Positions 8,823 to 17,567 of a stretch of DNA of 64,000 bases are shown piece after piece (position 1 is the stretch's first letter; every line of letters starts with the position of its first letter). The DNA comes from Vulcanimicrobiota bacterium. Lineage in GTDB: Bacteria; Vulcanimicrobiota; Vulcanimicrobiia; Vulcanimicrobiales; Vulcanimicrobiaceae. Both the position numbers and the translations under genes were made by a program. Below the pieces are notes generated by a model. The model saw only the letters and a list, made by a program, of their open reading frames with translations, was not told the origin of the DNA and did not search any database. Location of the stretch: contig JACRTY010000056.1 in assembly GCA_014305025.1 (NCBI GenBank), positions 12,780 to 76,779 of the forward strand. Reading direction: 5' to 3'.

Positions 8823-9932
8823 ATGAAGTACGTCGATGAGTTTCGCGATCCCGACCTGATCCGCAACGTCTCGCGCGAACTCGCGCAGGTCGTCGACCCC
8901 GAGCGCGATTATCGCATCATGGAGGTGTGCGGCGGCCACACGCACGCGATCTATCGCCACGGCTTGCGCGACGTGCTGCCCGACAACATCGAGCTGGTTC
9001 ACGGGCCGGGGTGCCCCGTCTGCGTGCTGCCGACGGGGCGCGTCGACGACGGCCTCTCAATCGCCCGCCATCCCGATACGATCCTGTGCTGCTTCGGCGA
9101 TATGATGCGCGTGCCGGGCACGCAGGGCACGCCGCTCGAACTCAAAGCGACCGGCGCGGACATTCGCATGGTCTACTCGCCGCTCGACGCCCTGGCGCTT
9201 GCCCAGCAGCATCCCGAGAAGCACGTGTGCTTTTTTGCGATCGGCTTCGAGACGACCGCGCCCTCGACGGCGCTGACGTTGCTGCGCGCGCAGGCCCAGG
9301 GCATTCGGAACTTCTCGATCTTCTGCAATCACGTCACGATCGTGCCGGCGATGCGCGCGATCTTGGATTCGCCCGACATGCGCATCGACGGCTTCGTCGG
9401 CCCGGGGCACGTCTCGACGATCACGGGTTGCCGTCCCTACGAGTTCATCGCCGCCGACTACGGTAAGCCCGTCGTCGTCGCTGGTTTCGAACCGCTCGAC
9501 ATTCTCGAAGCGATCTTGTGGATCGTGCAACAGCTTCATGCGGGCGAAGCGAAGGTCGAAAATCAGTACCGGCGGATCGTGCCGTGGGAAGGCAATCGTG
9601 CGGCGCTCGGGGCGCTGGCGCGCGTCTTTGCGCTGCGCCCGTATTTCGAATGGCGCGGGCTCGGGTTCATCTCGCAGTCGGCGCTGGCGCTGCGCCCGGA
9701 GTTCATGCCGTGGGACGCCGAAGTGCAGTTCGAAATCCCAGGCGTGCGCGTAACCGATCCCAAGGCGGCACAGTGCGGTGAAGTTCTCAAAGGGGTGCTC
9801 AAACCGCCGCAGTGCAAACTTTTCGGCAAGGAGTGCAACCCGGAGCGGCCCGTCGGCGCACTGATGGTTTCCAGTGAAGGTGCCTGCGCGGCGCACTACC
9901 GCTATGCGAGTCGCCAACTGGTCGAGGTGTGA
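8823..9932 (+). CDS. hypD: HypD hydrogenase maturation FeS protein
   Basis: 369 aa. MKYVDEFRD..., EVCGGHTH, GPGCPVCV, FAIGFETTAP and C-terminal cysteines. Confidence 0.95.
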   Translation: MKYVDEFRDPDLIRNVSRELAQVVDPERDYRIMEVCGGHTHAIYRHGLRDVLPDNIELVHGPGCPVCVLPTGRVDDGLSIARHPDTILCCFGDMMRVPGTQGTPLELKATGADIRMVYSPLDALALAQQHPEKHVCFFAIGFETTAPSTALTLLRAQAQGIRNFSIFCNHVTIVPAMRAILDSPDMRIDGFVGPGHVSTITGCRPYEFIAADYGKPVVVAGFEPLDILEAILWIVQQLHAGEAKVENQYRRIVPWEGNRAALGALARVFALRPYFEWRGLGFISQSALALRPEFMPWDAEVQFEIPGVRVTDPKAAQCGEVLKGVLKPPQCKLFGKECNPERPVGALMVSSEGACAAHYRYASRQLVEV

Positions 9933-10993
9933 TTGCCGGCGAGGGCACGGCGGCCGTGCGTACCGCACGCCGCGTGCGCTTCGATGACGCGCGGATCGAA
10001 ATGTCGCACGGTGCGGGCGGAAAAGCCTCGCGCCGGCTCGTCGAAGGTCTCATCGCGCCGGCCTTCGCCAATCCGATTCTCGCCGCGCTCTCCGATGCAG
10101 CGACGTTTTCCCTCGGCGACCGGCGCGTCGCGACGACGGCCGACGGTTACGTCGTGCGGCCGCTGCGCTTTCCGGGCGGCTCCATCGGGGAACTCGCCGT
10201 CAACGGCACGCTCAACGACCTGGCCGTTTCGGGAGCGCGTCCGCGCGCGCTGATGGCGACGTTCGTGCTGGAAGCGGGCTTAGCCGCCGACATGCTGCGC
10301 GCCGAAGTGGCAGCCATGGCCGGCGCCGCCGAGCGCGCTTGCGTCGCGATCGTGGGCGGCGATACGAAGGTCGTCGAGCACGGCTTCTGCGACGGCATGT
10401 ACGTCACGACGTTCGGTCTCGGCGAGGTCGAAGGCGACACGACGCTCGATCCGCGCTCCGTCCGCCCCGGCGACCGCGTGCTACTGAGCGGACCCATTGG
10501 CGACCACGGCATCACGATTTTGCTCGCGCGCGGGGAGCTGGAGATCGAGTCGTCGCTGCGCTCCGACACGCGGCCGGTCTGGCCGTTCGTCGAAGCGCTG
10601 CTGCGCGCGTGCGGCGACGGCGTGCGCTGGATGCGCGACCCGACGCGCGGCGGCGTTGCTACGGCACTGAATGAATTGGTCCGCGAGAACGAGCTCGCCG
10701 TCGTGCTCGACGAAGCGTCGATTCCATTGCGCTCGCAGGTGCGCGGCGCATGCGAGCTGCTCGGTCTCGATCCCCTGCACATCGCCAACGAGGGTCAATT
10801 TTTAGCGTTGCTGGCACCGGAGCGCGCCGACGCTGCGCTCGCGCTCGTGCGTTCCATGCCCGGCGGTGAAGAGGCGGCGCTGATCGGGGAGGTGCGCGAC
10901 GAGCCGGCGCGGACGGTCCTGTGCGTCACGCCCTACGGCGGAACGCGCACGATCGACATGCTGGTGGGTGATCCGCTGCCGCGTATATGTTGA
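9929..10993 (+). CDS. hypE: HypE carbamoyl dehydratase
   Basis: 354 aa. GTGA overlap with hypD. MSHGAGGK motif and the family-typical C-terminal PRIC. Confidence 0.95.
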   Translation: MIAGEGTAAVRTARRVRFDDARIEMSHGAGGKASRRLVEGLIAPAFANPILAALSDAATFSLGDRRVATTADGYVVRPLRFPGGSIGELAVNGTLNDLAVSGARPRALMATFVLEAGLAADMLRAEVAAMAGAAERACVAIVGGDTKVVEHGFCDGMYVTTFGLGEVEGDTTLDPRSVRPGDRVLLSGPIGDHGITILLARGELEIESSLRSDTRPVWPFVEALLRACGDGVRWMRDPTRGGVATALNELVRENELAVVLDEASIPLRSQVRGACELLGLDPLHIANEGQFLALLAPERADAALALVRSMPGGEEAALIGEVRDEPARTVLCVTPYGGTRTIDMLVGDPLPRIC

Positions 10994-12180
10994 GCGACGC
11001 TCCGGCACTTGCCTCGCTCGCTGCATTGGGCGCGGAACGCTTACGCGCGCGCGAGGCCGTCGGCGCCGACTTTTTTGCGCGCGAAGCGCCGCGCTTGACC
11101 GACGCCTGCGCGGCCATGGCGGAACGCTTCGAACGCGGTGGCCGCCTGTTCGCGTTCGGACGCGGCCCGTACGCCACCGACGCCGCTCACCTCTCGGTCG
11201 AGTTCGTGCATCCGGTGATCGTGGGGAAACGAGCTTTGCCGGCGCTCGACGCCAGCGCGGCGTTCGAGGCGATGCTCGAGGCGCTGGCCGCGCCGGACGA
11301 CATCGCGATTGGCCTGGGGCCGCCGGAAGGCGACGAGGCAGTCCTGGCCGCACTCGAGCGCGCGCAGCGGCGGGGCGTGCTGACGTTTGCGCTGCCGGGC
11401 ATGAGGGCCGATTACGCGGCCGTTTCTCCGACCACCGACGTGCACGTGCACCAAGAGATATTCGAACTGCTGGGCCATTGCCTGTACGAAAGCGTGCACG
11501 TCTTTCTCGAGCATGGTTCGCGCGCGGGAACCTCCGACGACGGCGGCGCCGCCGGCTTTCTGTATCCGTTTCTGGGAGCCGGCACGCAGACCGATCGGCC
11601 TGCGGTGGCCCGCTCGATCGTCGCCAAAGCGGCCGATGGTGCGCGACTGCGCGAACAGGTCGCGCAGCGGCAGAGCGACGTCCTGGCGCGGGCAGCGCTC
11701 GCTATTGGAGAACGGCTGGCGCACGGCGGCCGCATTCTCACCTTCGGCAACGGCGGATCGGCGACCGATGCCACGGACTTCGCGCTCGACTGCATCGCTC
11801 CGGAGTGCGGCTTTGCGCCCATACCCGCGCTGTCGCTGGCGGCCGAACCCGCGATCCTAACGGCAGTGGGCAACGATGTCGGCATGGAGTTGACCTTCGT
11901 GCGGCAACTGATCGCGCAGGCTCGCGCGCACGACGTCGCCTTTGCCTTCTCGACCAGCGGCGGTTCGAAGAACGTCGTGGCCGCGCTCGAGACGGCGCGG
12001 GCCCGTGGCCTGCTAACCGTCGCGCTCCTGGGTTACGACGGCGGTGAGATCGTGCGCCGCGGTCTGTGCGACCACGCCATCGTGGTTGAAGCCGACTACA
12101 TCCCCCGCATTCAAGAGGTGCAGGCCGCGATCTATCACGTGCTGCGCGTACTGCTCGAAGCGACGCACGATGCCGCTTGA
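10987..12180 (+). CDS. Tandem SIS-domain protein (GmhA/DiaA-like)
   Basis: 397 aa. Second half carries GGRILTFGNGGSATDATDFALD and FSTSGGSKNV. First half is a degenerate copy (GGRLFAFGRGPYATDAAHLSVEF). Confidence 0.8.
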   Translation: MLSDAPALASLAALGAERLRAREAVGADFFAREAPRLTDACAAMAERFERGGRLFAFGRGPYATDAAHLSVEFVHPVIVGKRALPALDASAAFEAMLEALAAPDDIAIGLGPPEGDEAVLAALERAQRRGVLTFALPGMRADYAAVSPTTDVHVHQEIFELLGHCLYESVHVFLEHGSRAGTSDDGGAAGFLYPFLGAGTQTDRPAVARSIVAKAADGARLREQVAQRQSDVLARAALAIGERLAHGGRILTFGNGGSATDATDFALDCIAPECGFAPIPALSLAAEPAILTAVGNDVGMELTFVRQLIAQARAHDVAFAFSTSGGSKNVVAALETARARGLLTVALLGYDGGEIVRRGLCDHAIVVEADYIPRIQEVQAAIYHVLRVLLEATHDAA

Positions 12181-12403
12181 ACTCTTCGGCACGCGCAGTT
12201 GTCCGTACACCGCGGAACTACGCGACGACCTGGACTGGCAGGGTCGTGCGTTCGTCGAGTATGACGTCGAAGAGGACCCGAGCGCGCGCGAGCGCTTGAC
12301 CGCGCTGTGCGGAACGCCGCTTGCCGTCCCGGTGCTCGTCGACGACGGCAGCGTCGTGCAGGTCGGGATGAGCGGCCGCTCGTGTTACGTCGCGCCCGCC
12401 TGA
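12170..12403 (+). CDS. Glutaredoxin-like small protein (single-Cys CPYT site)
   Basis: 77 aa from internal ATG 12170 of ORF 12044..12403. MPLELFGTRSCPYTAELRDDL...VPVLVDDG is a thioredoxin-fold pattern. Overlaps the SIS stop and the hypF start. Confidence 0.6.
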   Translation: MPLELFGTRSCPYTAELRDDLDWQGRAFVEYDVEEDPSARERLTALCGTPLAVPVLVDDGSVVQVGMSGRSCYVAPA

Positions 12404-14637
12404 TTCGCATCCGCGGCATCGTTCAAGGCGTCGGGTTTCGGCCGTTCACACATCGCCTTGCGCACCGCTACGCAATCTCGGGATGGGTGAAGAATGGTGG
12501 CGACGGCGTCGAGATCTTCGCCGAAGGGACGATTGGCGCACTCGACGCGTTTGCGGATGCGCTGCTGAGCGAAGCACCGCCCGCGGCGCGCATCGCGTCG
12601 ACCGATGTCGCCGACGCGCGCTGCGAGGGACTTGCGGAGTTCGAGATTCGCGAGAGCCGGCCGTCGTCGCGACCGACGGTTCGCATCGCGCCCGATCTGG
12701 CGGCGTGCGACGCGTGCCTGCGTGAACTCTTCGACCCCGCCGACCGGCGCTACCGGTATCCGTACATCAACTGCACCGATTGCGGTCCGCGCTACAGCAT
12801 CGTCACCTCATTGCCCTACGACCGCGCCGGGACGACGATGGCGGCGTGGCCCATGTGCGACTTTTGCGCGGCGGAATACCACGACCCGGCCAACCGCCGT
12901 TTCCACGCGCAGCCGGTCGCGTGTCCCGTTTGCGGGCCGACATACGTCTTGTGGGCGAGTGCTGCCGCGGAAGTGCGCGGACACGATGCAATCGTTGCCG
13001 CTGCAACGATGCTGCGGGCCGGCAGCATCGTTGCGGTCAAAGGCATCGGCGGTTACCATCTCGCCTGCGATGCGCGCAATGCGGATGCCGTTGCGGCGCT
13101 GCGTGAGCGTAAGTTTCGCAAAGAACGACCCTTTGCGCTGATGGCTCGCGATCTCGCCACCGCCCGCACGCTCGTTGCGCCGGACGACGACGCGTTCGAT
13201 GCCGCCTTGCTTTCGACCGCGCGCCCGATCGTGCTCGCTCCCGCGCGTGCCGTGTTCGCCGGCGTCGCACCCGACAACCGTGAACTCGGCGTCATGCTCC
13301 CGTATGCGCCGCTGCACCATCTGCTCTTCGCAGCCGGCGCTCCCGACGTTCTCGTGCTCACGAGCGCGAACCGCTCGAGCGAACCGATCGCCTACGATGA
13401 CGCCGACGCACGACGCAGCCTGGCGGGGATCGCCGATGCCTTCCTTGTCGGCGACCGGCCGATCGCGCGCCGGCTCGATGACTCGGTCGTACGTATCAGC
13501 GCCGGCGCGCCTGCGATCCTACGGCGTGGCCGCGGGTACGCGCCGATGGCCGTTGCGACGGTGCCATCAACACGTCCGCTGCTCGCACTTGGCGGCGATC
13601 TGAAAAACGCGCTCGCGCTCGTGGTCGACGGCCAAGTGTTCGCAAGCCAGCACATCGGCGATCTCGATCACCGCTCGGCACGCGAAGCGTGCATCGCCAC
13701 GATCCGCGATCTGTGCGCGATCTATGCCGTTCGGCCCGCTGAGCTACTGGTTGTGCATGACGCGCATCCCGAGTACGTGTCGACCGCGCTTGCAGGGGAA
13801 CTCGGAGCGCCGGCCATTGCGGTGCAACATCACCGCGCGCACGTTGCGAGCGTGATTGCCGAACGCGGCGCCTGGACGACACCGCTCCTCGGCGTCGCCT
13901 TCGACGGCACGGGCTACGGGGACGACGGCACGATTTGGGGTGGCGAGTTCTTCACCGGCACCGTGAAGGACGGCTTCGAGCGCGTCGCGCACCTGCGGCG
14001 CGCGCAGCTTCCGGGCGGCGACGCGGCAGCGCGCTTTCCGGTGGCGGCCGCGGCCGGATTTCTGGCGGAACTCGACGACCTCCCCGATCTGACGCAGGCT
14101 CCCTTTTCGCTGGGAGAGCGCTATGCGGCGGCGCGGGAACTCATCGCGCACGACGTGCGGTGTTTTGCGACGACGTCCCTAGGCCGGCTCTTCGACACGG
14201 TTGCCGCGCTGCTCGGATTTACGCGTCCGATGAGCTTCGAAGGTCAGGCAGCGATGTGGCTCGAGCATCTCGCGGCCGCGGCGTCGCCGGCCGGCCGTCC
14301 AACGTACGCGTTCCCGTTTACCGCCCAAGAGCTCGACTACCGGCCGTTGCTCCGCGCGATCGTTGCCGATCGCGCTGCCGCCCGCGAGGCTACGCAGATT
14401 GCAGCGGCGTTTCACGTTGCGGTTGCCGACGGGGTCACGGCCGTGTCGCAACGCTATGGCGACGTGCCGGTCGTCTGTTCCGGCGGCGTCTTTCAAAACG
14501 GACTCCTGGTCGAATTGTTGCGCGAGCGTCTCGGAGCGCGGGCGTGGTTCAACGCGAGCGTTCCCGCCAATGACGGGGGCTTGGCACTCGGGCAAGCAGG
14601 GCTCGGTGCGTTCGCATCCGGGCCGGCCTCGTTTTAA
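12382..14637 (+). CDS. hypF: HypF carbamoyltransferase
   Basis: Acylphosphatase start IRIRGIVQGVGFRPF. Two zinc fingers (CDACLRE...CTDCGPRYS; CDFCAAEY...CPVCGP), then YrdC-like and Kae1-like regions. GTG 12382 was chosen over the Arg-rich extension from 12307. Confidence 0.95.
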   Translation: MLRRARLIRIRGIVQGVGFRPFTHRLAHRYAISGWVKNGGDGVEIFAEGTIGALDAFADALLSEAPPAARIASTDVADARCEGLAEFEIRESRPSSRPTVRIAPDLAACDACLRELFDPADRRYRYPYINCTDCGPRYSIVTSLPYDRAGTTMAAWPMCDFCAAEYHDPANRRFHAQPVACPVCGPTYVLWASAAAEVRGHDAIVAAATMLRAGSIVAVKGIGGYHLACDARNADAVAALRERKFRKERPFALMARDLATARTLVAPDDDAFDAALLSTARPIVLAPARAVFAGVAPDNRELGVMLPYAPLHHLLFAAGAPDVLVLTSANRSSEPIAYDDADARRSLAGIADAFLVGDRPIARRLDDSVVRISAGAPAILRRGRGYAPMAVATVPSTRPLLALGGDLKNALALVVDGQVFASQHIGDLDHRSAREACIATIRDLCAIYAVRPAELLVVHDAHPEYVSTALAGELGAPAIAVQHHRAHVASVIAERGAWTTPLLGVAFDGTGYGDDGTIWGGEFFTGTVKDGFERVAHLRRAQLPGGDAAARFPVAAAAGFLAELDDLPDLTQAPFSLGERYAAARELIAHDVRCFATTSLGRLFDTVAALLGFTRPMSFEGQAAMWLEHLAAAASPAGRPTYAFPFTAQELDYRPLLRAIVADRAAAREATQIAAAFHVAVADGVTAVSQRYGDVPVVCSGGVFQNGLLVELLRERLGARAWFNASVPANDGGLALGQAGLGAFASGPASF

Positions 14638-14774
14638 CGTGTGCCGTCGCCCTTTCGCTGCCGGCCCGTGCGTCCGCCGCGACCGCGACGACGTCGCTTA
14701 CGAATCCTCGGGTTCAGGCTGCAATCGTCGCGGCCGTTGAGAAAGAGCGCAAAATCTACGGCGGTCGCACCCCG

Positions 14775-15788
14775 GTGCCGGCGGTGCTCGTTGGCGTCTG
14801 GGACGGCACGGGGCGCAGTTACGTGCACGCCTTCGGCTACGCCGACCTCGCGCAACGCCGGCCGCTGACGGCCGCCGACCATTTTCGGATCGGCAGCAAC
14901 ACCAAAACGTTCGTCATCAGCGTGCTCTTGCAACTGGTCGATGAGGGAAAGGTGCGCCTCGACGACCCGCTGAGCCGCTTCGCGGTCGGCGTGACGGTTC
15001 CCAACGCGCGCAACATCACGCTGCGCGAAATGTGCCAGATGCGCAGCGGTCTGTTCGAAGCGTACGATTCGCCCGAATTCAGTCACATGAACGTGGCCGG
15101 CAACATGACGTTCGACCCGCGCACGGTCGTCCGCTGGGCGGTGAAGCAAAAACCGTACTTCGCGCCCGGTAAAGGCTACCACTACAGCAACACCAACTAT
15201 CTGCTCCTCGGGCTGGTCATCGAAAGCGTCACGAAGGACACGGTCGGAAACGAGGTCCGCAAGCGGCTGCTCGTGCCGTTTCGTCTCACGCACACGAGCT
15301 ATCCGGCCACCCAAGCAATGCCGACCCCGTGGGCGCACGGGTACGGCCTCGACAAGAACCGGAACTGGCAAGATGTCAGCGGCACGATTCCGGTGTCGCT
15401 GATGGGTGCGGCGGGCGAGATGATTTCGGACATGGCCGACATGCGGCGCTGGGTGAAATTGTACGTCACCGGTAAAACGAACGGTCCCAAGACGCAGCGC
15501 GCACGGATGACGTGCCTCTACACCGGCGAAGGCAACCTCTCGTTCGGCCTGGGCATCGGTTGCAGCGCGGGCTGGTACGGCTACACCGGCGGCCTGCCGG
15601 GCTACAACACCGCGAACTATTACTTTCCGGCCAAGGACACCATGATCGTCGCCTGGGTGCCCTTTCAGTCCAGCAAACCGGCCCTGGGCACGGCCAACTC
15701 AATCGTTCGCGATATCGCGCGACTCGTGACGCCGGCCCATATTCCTTTCGTACTGAACGAACGGGGCCACAGCCGCTCGGGGCTGTGA
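14775..15788 (+). CDS. Serine hydrolase, beta-lactamase/PBP4-like family
   Basis: SxxK motif GSNTKTF and YSNTNY. The frame is open upstream to 14574 and encodes a signal-peptide-like segment with no ATG/GTG/TTG, so the true start is probably upstream (ATC 14616). Confidence 0.8.
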   Translation: MPAVLVGVWDGTGRSYVHAFGYADLAQRRPLTAADHFRIGSNTKTFVISVLLQLVDEGKVRLDDPLSRFAVGVTVPNARNITLREMCQMRSGLFEAYDSPEFSHMNVAGNMTFDPRTVVRWAVKQKPYFAPGKGYHYSNTNYLLLGLVIESVTKDTVGNEVRKRLLVPFRLTHTSYPATQAMPTPWAHGYGLDKNRNWQDVSGTIPVSLMGAAGEMISDMADMRRWVKLYVTGKTNGPKTQRARMTCLYTGEGNLSFGLGIGCSAGWYGYTGGLPGYNTANYYFPAKDTMIVAWVPFQSSKPALGTANSIVRDIARLVTPAHIPFVLNERGHSRSGL

Positions 15789-15794
15789 CGGCCG

Positions 15795-17090
15795 TTAGCG
15801 GTGCAGGACGGCGGACCCGGCGTGGGCCGGAGCGGCCGGAACCGCATGCGCTGCGGGCGCAGCATGCCAAACGGGCGCCGCAGCGGGCTGCCCGACGGGA
15901 CCCGGAACGGCGTAGCTGGGTCGTGGCGCGGCGCGCTGCGGCATGGCGGGCGCGACGAGGCGCGATGTCGGCGGGACGATGTGCAGCACGCGAGGCCCGT
16001 CGGGCGAAATGATGCGGATGATGCGCGGTTCGGCTTGGGCCGGAGTGACGCCCGAGCCGTACCGGACGATGACCGGTCCCGACGAAGCCGAGTGCAGCGG
16101 CGAACCGGCCCGAACGGCGCGCTCCGTTAGTGCGCGGACGGCGACCGGCGTGCCGGGCAACGTTGCGAGCGTCGTCAGGGTCGGACGCCAGTGCGGCGCC
16201 ACCCACGCAGGCGGCGCGCTTCCGACGGGCCGGTGCGCGTGCTCGATGGCGACGGGTTTGCTGTCGAGCAGGTAGCGACGGTGGTGGGGGAAGTGACAGA
16301 CCGCGATGGGGTTGCCGCCGGTGTAGTACGACGGGACCGGGACGGTGACGAAATAGTAATTCGGCGCAAACGGCACCAGCGGATACGTTCCGGGGAAGCC
16401 GCCCACCGTCACGAAGCCACCCAGGCCGAAACCGGTGTAGATGAAGCGTAGCGGTTCGCCGTAATAGTACGGTCCATAACCAACCGGGAAAAACGCCCCG
16501 GAACCCGGATAGTAGCCGTACGGCAATCCGAACGCGCCGTTATAACCGTAGCTGCCGCCGTAGCCATAGCCATAACCGTAGGCACTGTTGTAACCATAGC
16601 CGCCATTGCCGTAGCTGCCGTTTGACCCGTAGCCGTCATCGTACGTTGACGCGCCGTCGTTGACCGACGTGTCGTCGCTGACGGTCGGAACGGCGGCATC
16701 GCTCGCGTCGATTGTGAATGCCCAGTGGTCGGTGGCCCGCTCGCCGGCTGCGTCTTCAACGCTGACGTCGACCTGATGAGCACCCAGGGCCAGCGAATCG
16801 CGCGGAACGATCTCGAGTCGCGATCCGGCGATCTGCAGATCGCGCTCGACGTCGGCGCCGTCGAGCGTAACGTGCACCTGGCGCCGATTGACGCTCGCGT
16901 TGTCGGCGGTATGGATCTCGAACTCGATCGCCGGCCGCTGCGAGGAAACATGGGCGCCCGGAACGGGATCGATCGGGACGATGCGCAACCCCGCAGCAAA
17001 AACACTGCCGGTTGCGGCAGCAACAAGCCCCACGCCGAGCGCCGAGGCCACCCAACGCCGAGCCCATATCGCCGTACGCCGCTCTTTCAT
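15795..17090 (-). CDS. Secreted protein with Ig-like N-domain and Gly/Tyr-rich low-complexity core
   Basis: ORF 15795..17123, start set at MKERRTAIWARRWVASALGVGLVAAATGSVFA (signal peptide). Core reads GYGSNGSYGNGGYGYNSAYGYGYGYGGSYGYNGAFGLPYGYYPG. Pro/Ala-rich tail. Confidence 0.6.
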   Translation of the reverse strand: MKERRTAIWARRWVASALGVGLVAAATGSVFAAGLRIVPIDPVPGAHVSSQRPAIEFEIHTADNASVNRRQVHVTLDGADVERDLQIAGSRLEIVPRDSLALGAHQVDVSVEDAAGERATDHWAFTIDASDAAVPTVSDDTSVNDGASTYDDGYGSNGSYGNGGYGYNSAYGYGYGYGGSYGYNGAFGLPYGYYPGSGAFFPVGYGPYYYGEPLRFIYTGFGLGGFVTVGGFPGTYPLVPFAPNYYFVTVPVPSYYTGGNPIAVCHFPHHRRYLLDSKPVAIEHAHRPVGSAPPAWVAPHWRPTLTTLATLPGTPVAVRALTERAVRAGSPLHSASSGPVIVRYGSGVTPAQAEPRIIRIISPDGPRVLHIVPPTSRLVAPAMPQRAAPRPSYAVPGPVGQPAAAPVWHAAPAAHAVPAAPAHAGSAVLHR

Positions 17091-17147
17091 CCCGGAACCG
17101 CCTTCCCGTGGTTTTGCCCGCATTCGACCATGCGATAATCATTTCAT

Positions 17148-17567
17148 ATGACCCGCCGCGACAGCGACCCGTTTCGCAGCATCGACCACGTACAGCTCGC
17201 TATGCCGGCCGGGGAAGAACAGCGGGCGCGAGCTTTTTACGCCCAGTTGCTCGGAATGATTGAAGTGACCAAGCCGGCGGCACTGCGTGACCGTGGCGGC
17301 GCTTGGTTTGAAAGCGGCTCGGTGCAGTTGCACCTCGGCGTCGAAGCCGGTTTCGCCCCGGCCCGTAAAGCGCATCCGGCGCTGCGCTGCACCGACTATG
17401 ACGTGCTGATCAGCCGCCTTCACGAGGCGGGTTGCGTCCTGGCGGCCGCAGGCACGCTCGAAGACGGTGCGCCGCACACCTACGTCGCCGATCCGTTCGG
17501 AAACCGCCTCGAACTGATCGGCGACCCGCCGGACGCAACCTCGTCACTGCCCGAGATCGAGGGCTAA
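17148..17567 (+). CDS. VOC (glyoxalase/bleomycin-resistance/dioxygenase) family protein
   Basis: 139 aa. IDHVQLAMP...ARAFY...LG...HLG...DPFGNRLELI pattern. Confidence 0.8.
   Translation: MTRRDSDPFRSIDHVQLAMPAGEEQRARAFYAQLLGMIEVTKPAALRDRGGAWFESGSVQLHLGVEAGFAPARKAHPALRCTDYDVLISRLHEAGCVLAAAGTLEDGAPHTYVADPFGNRLELIGDPPDATSSLPEIEG

Noticed and set aside
12170-12403. Possibility that the glutaredoxin-like gene is a selenoprotein (Uxx-type C-terminus)
   Set aside because: There is no in-frame TGA within the ORF. The C-terminus is ...GRSCYVAPA with an ordinary Cys and terminates at a TGA that simply ends the frame.
16500-16640. Short-period nucleotide repeat (ccgtagccatagccataacc...) that could be mistaken for a satellite or CRISPR-like array
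   Set aside because: The period is 6 nt with no spacers. It is simply the coding strand complement of the GYGYGY protein repeat.
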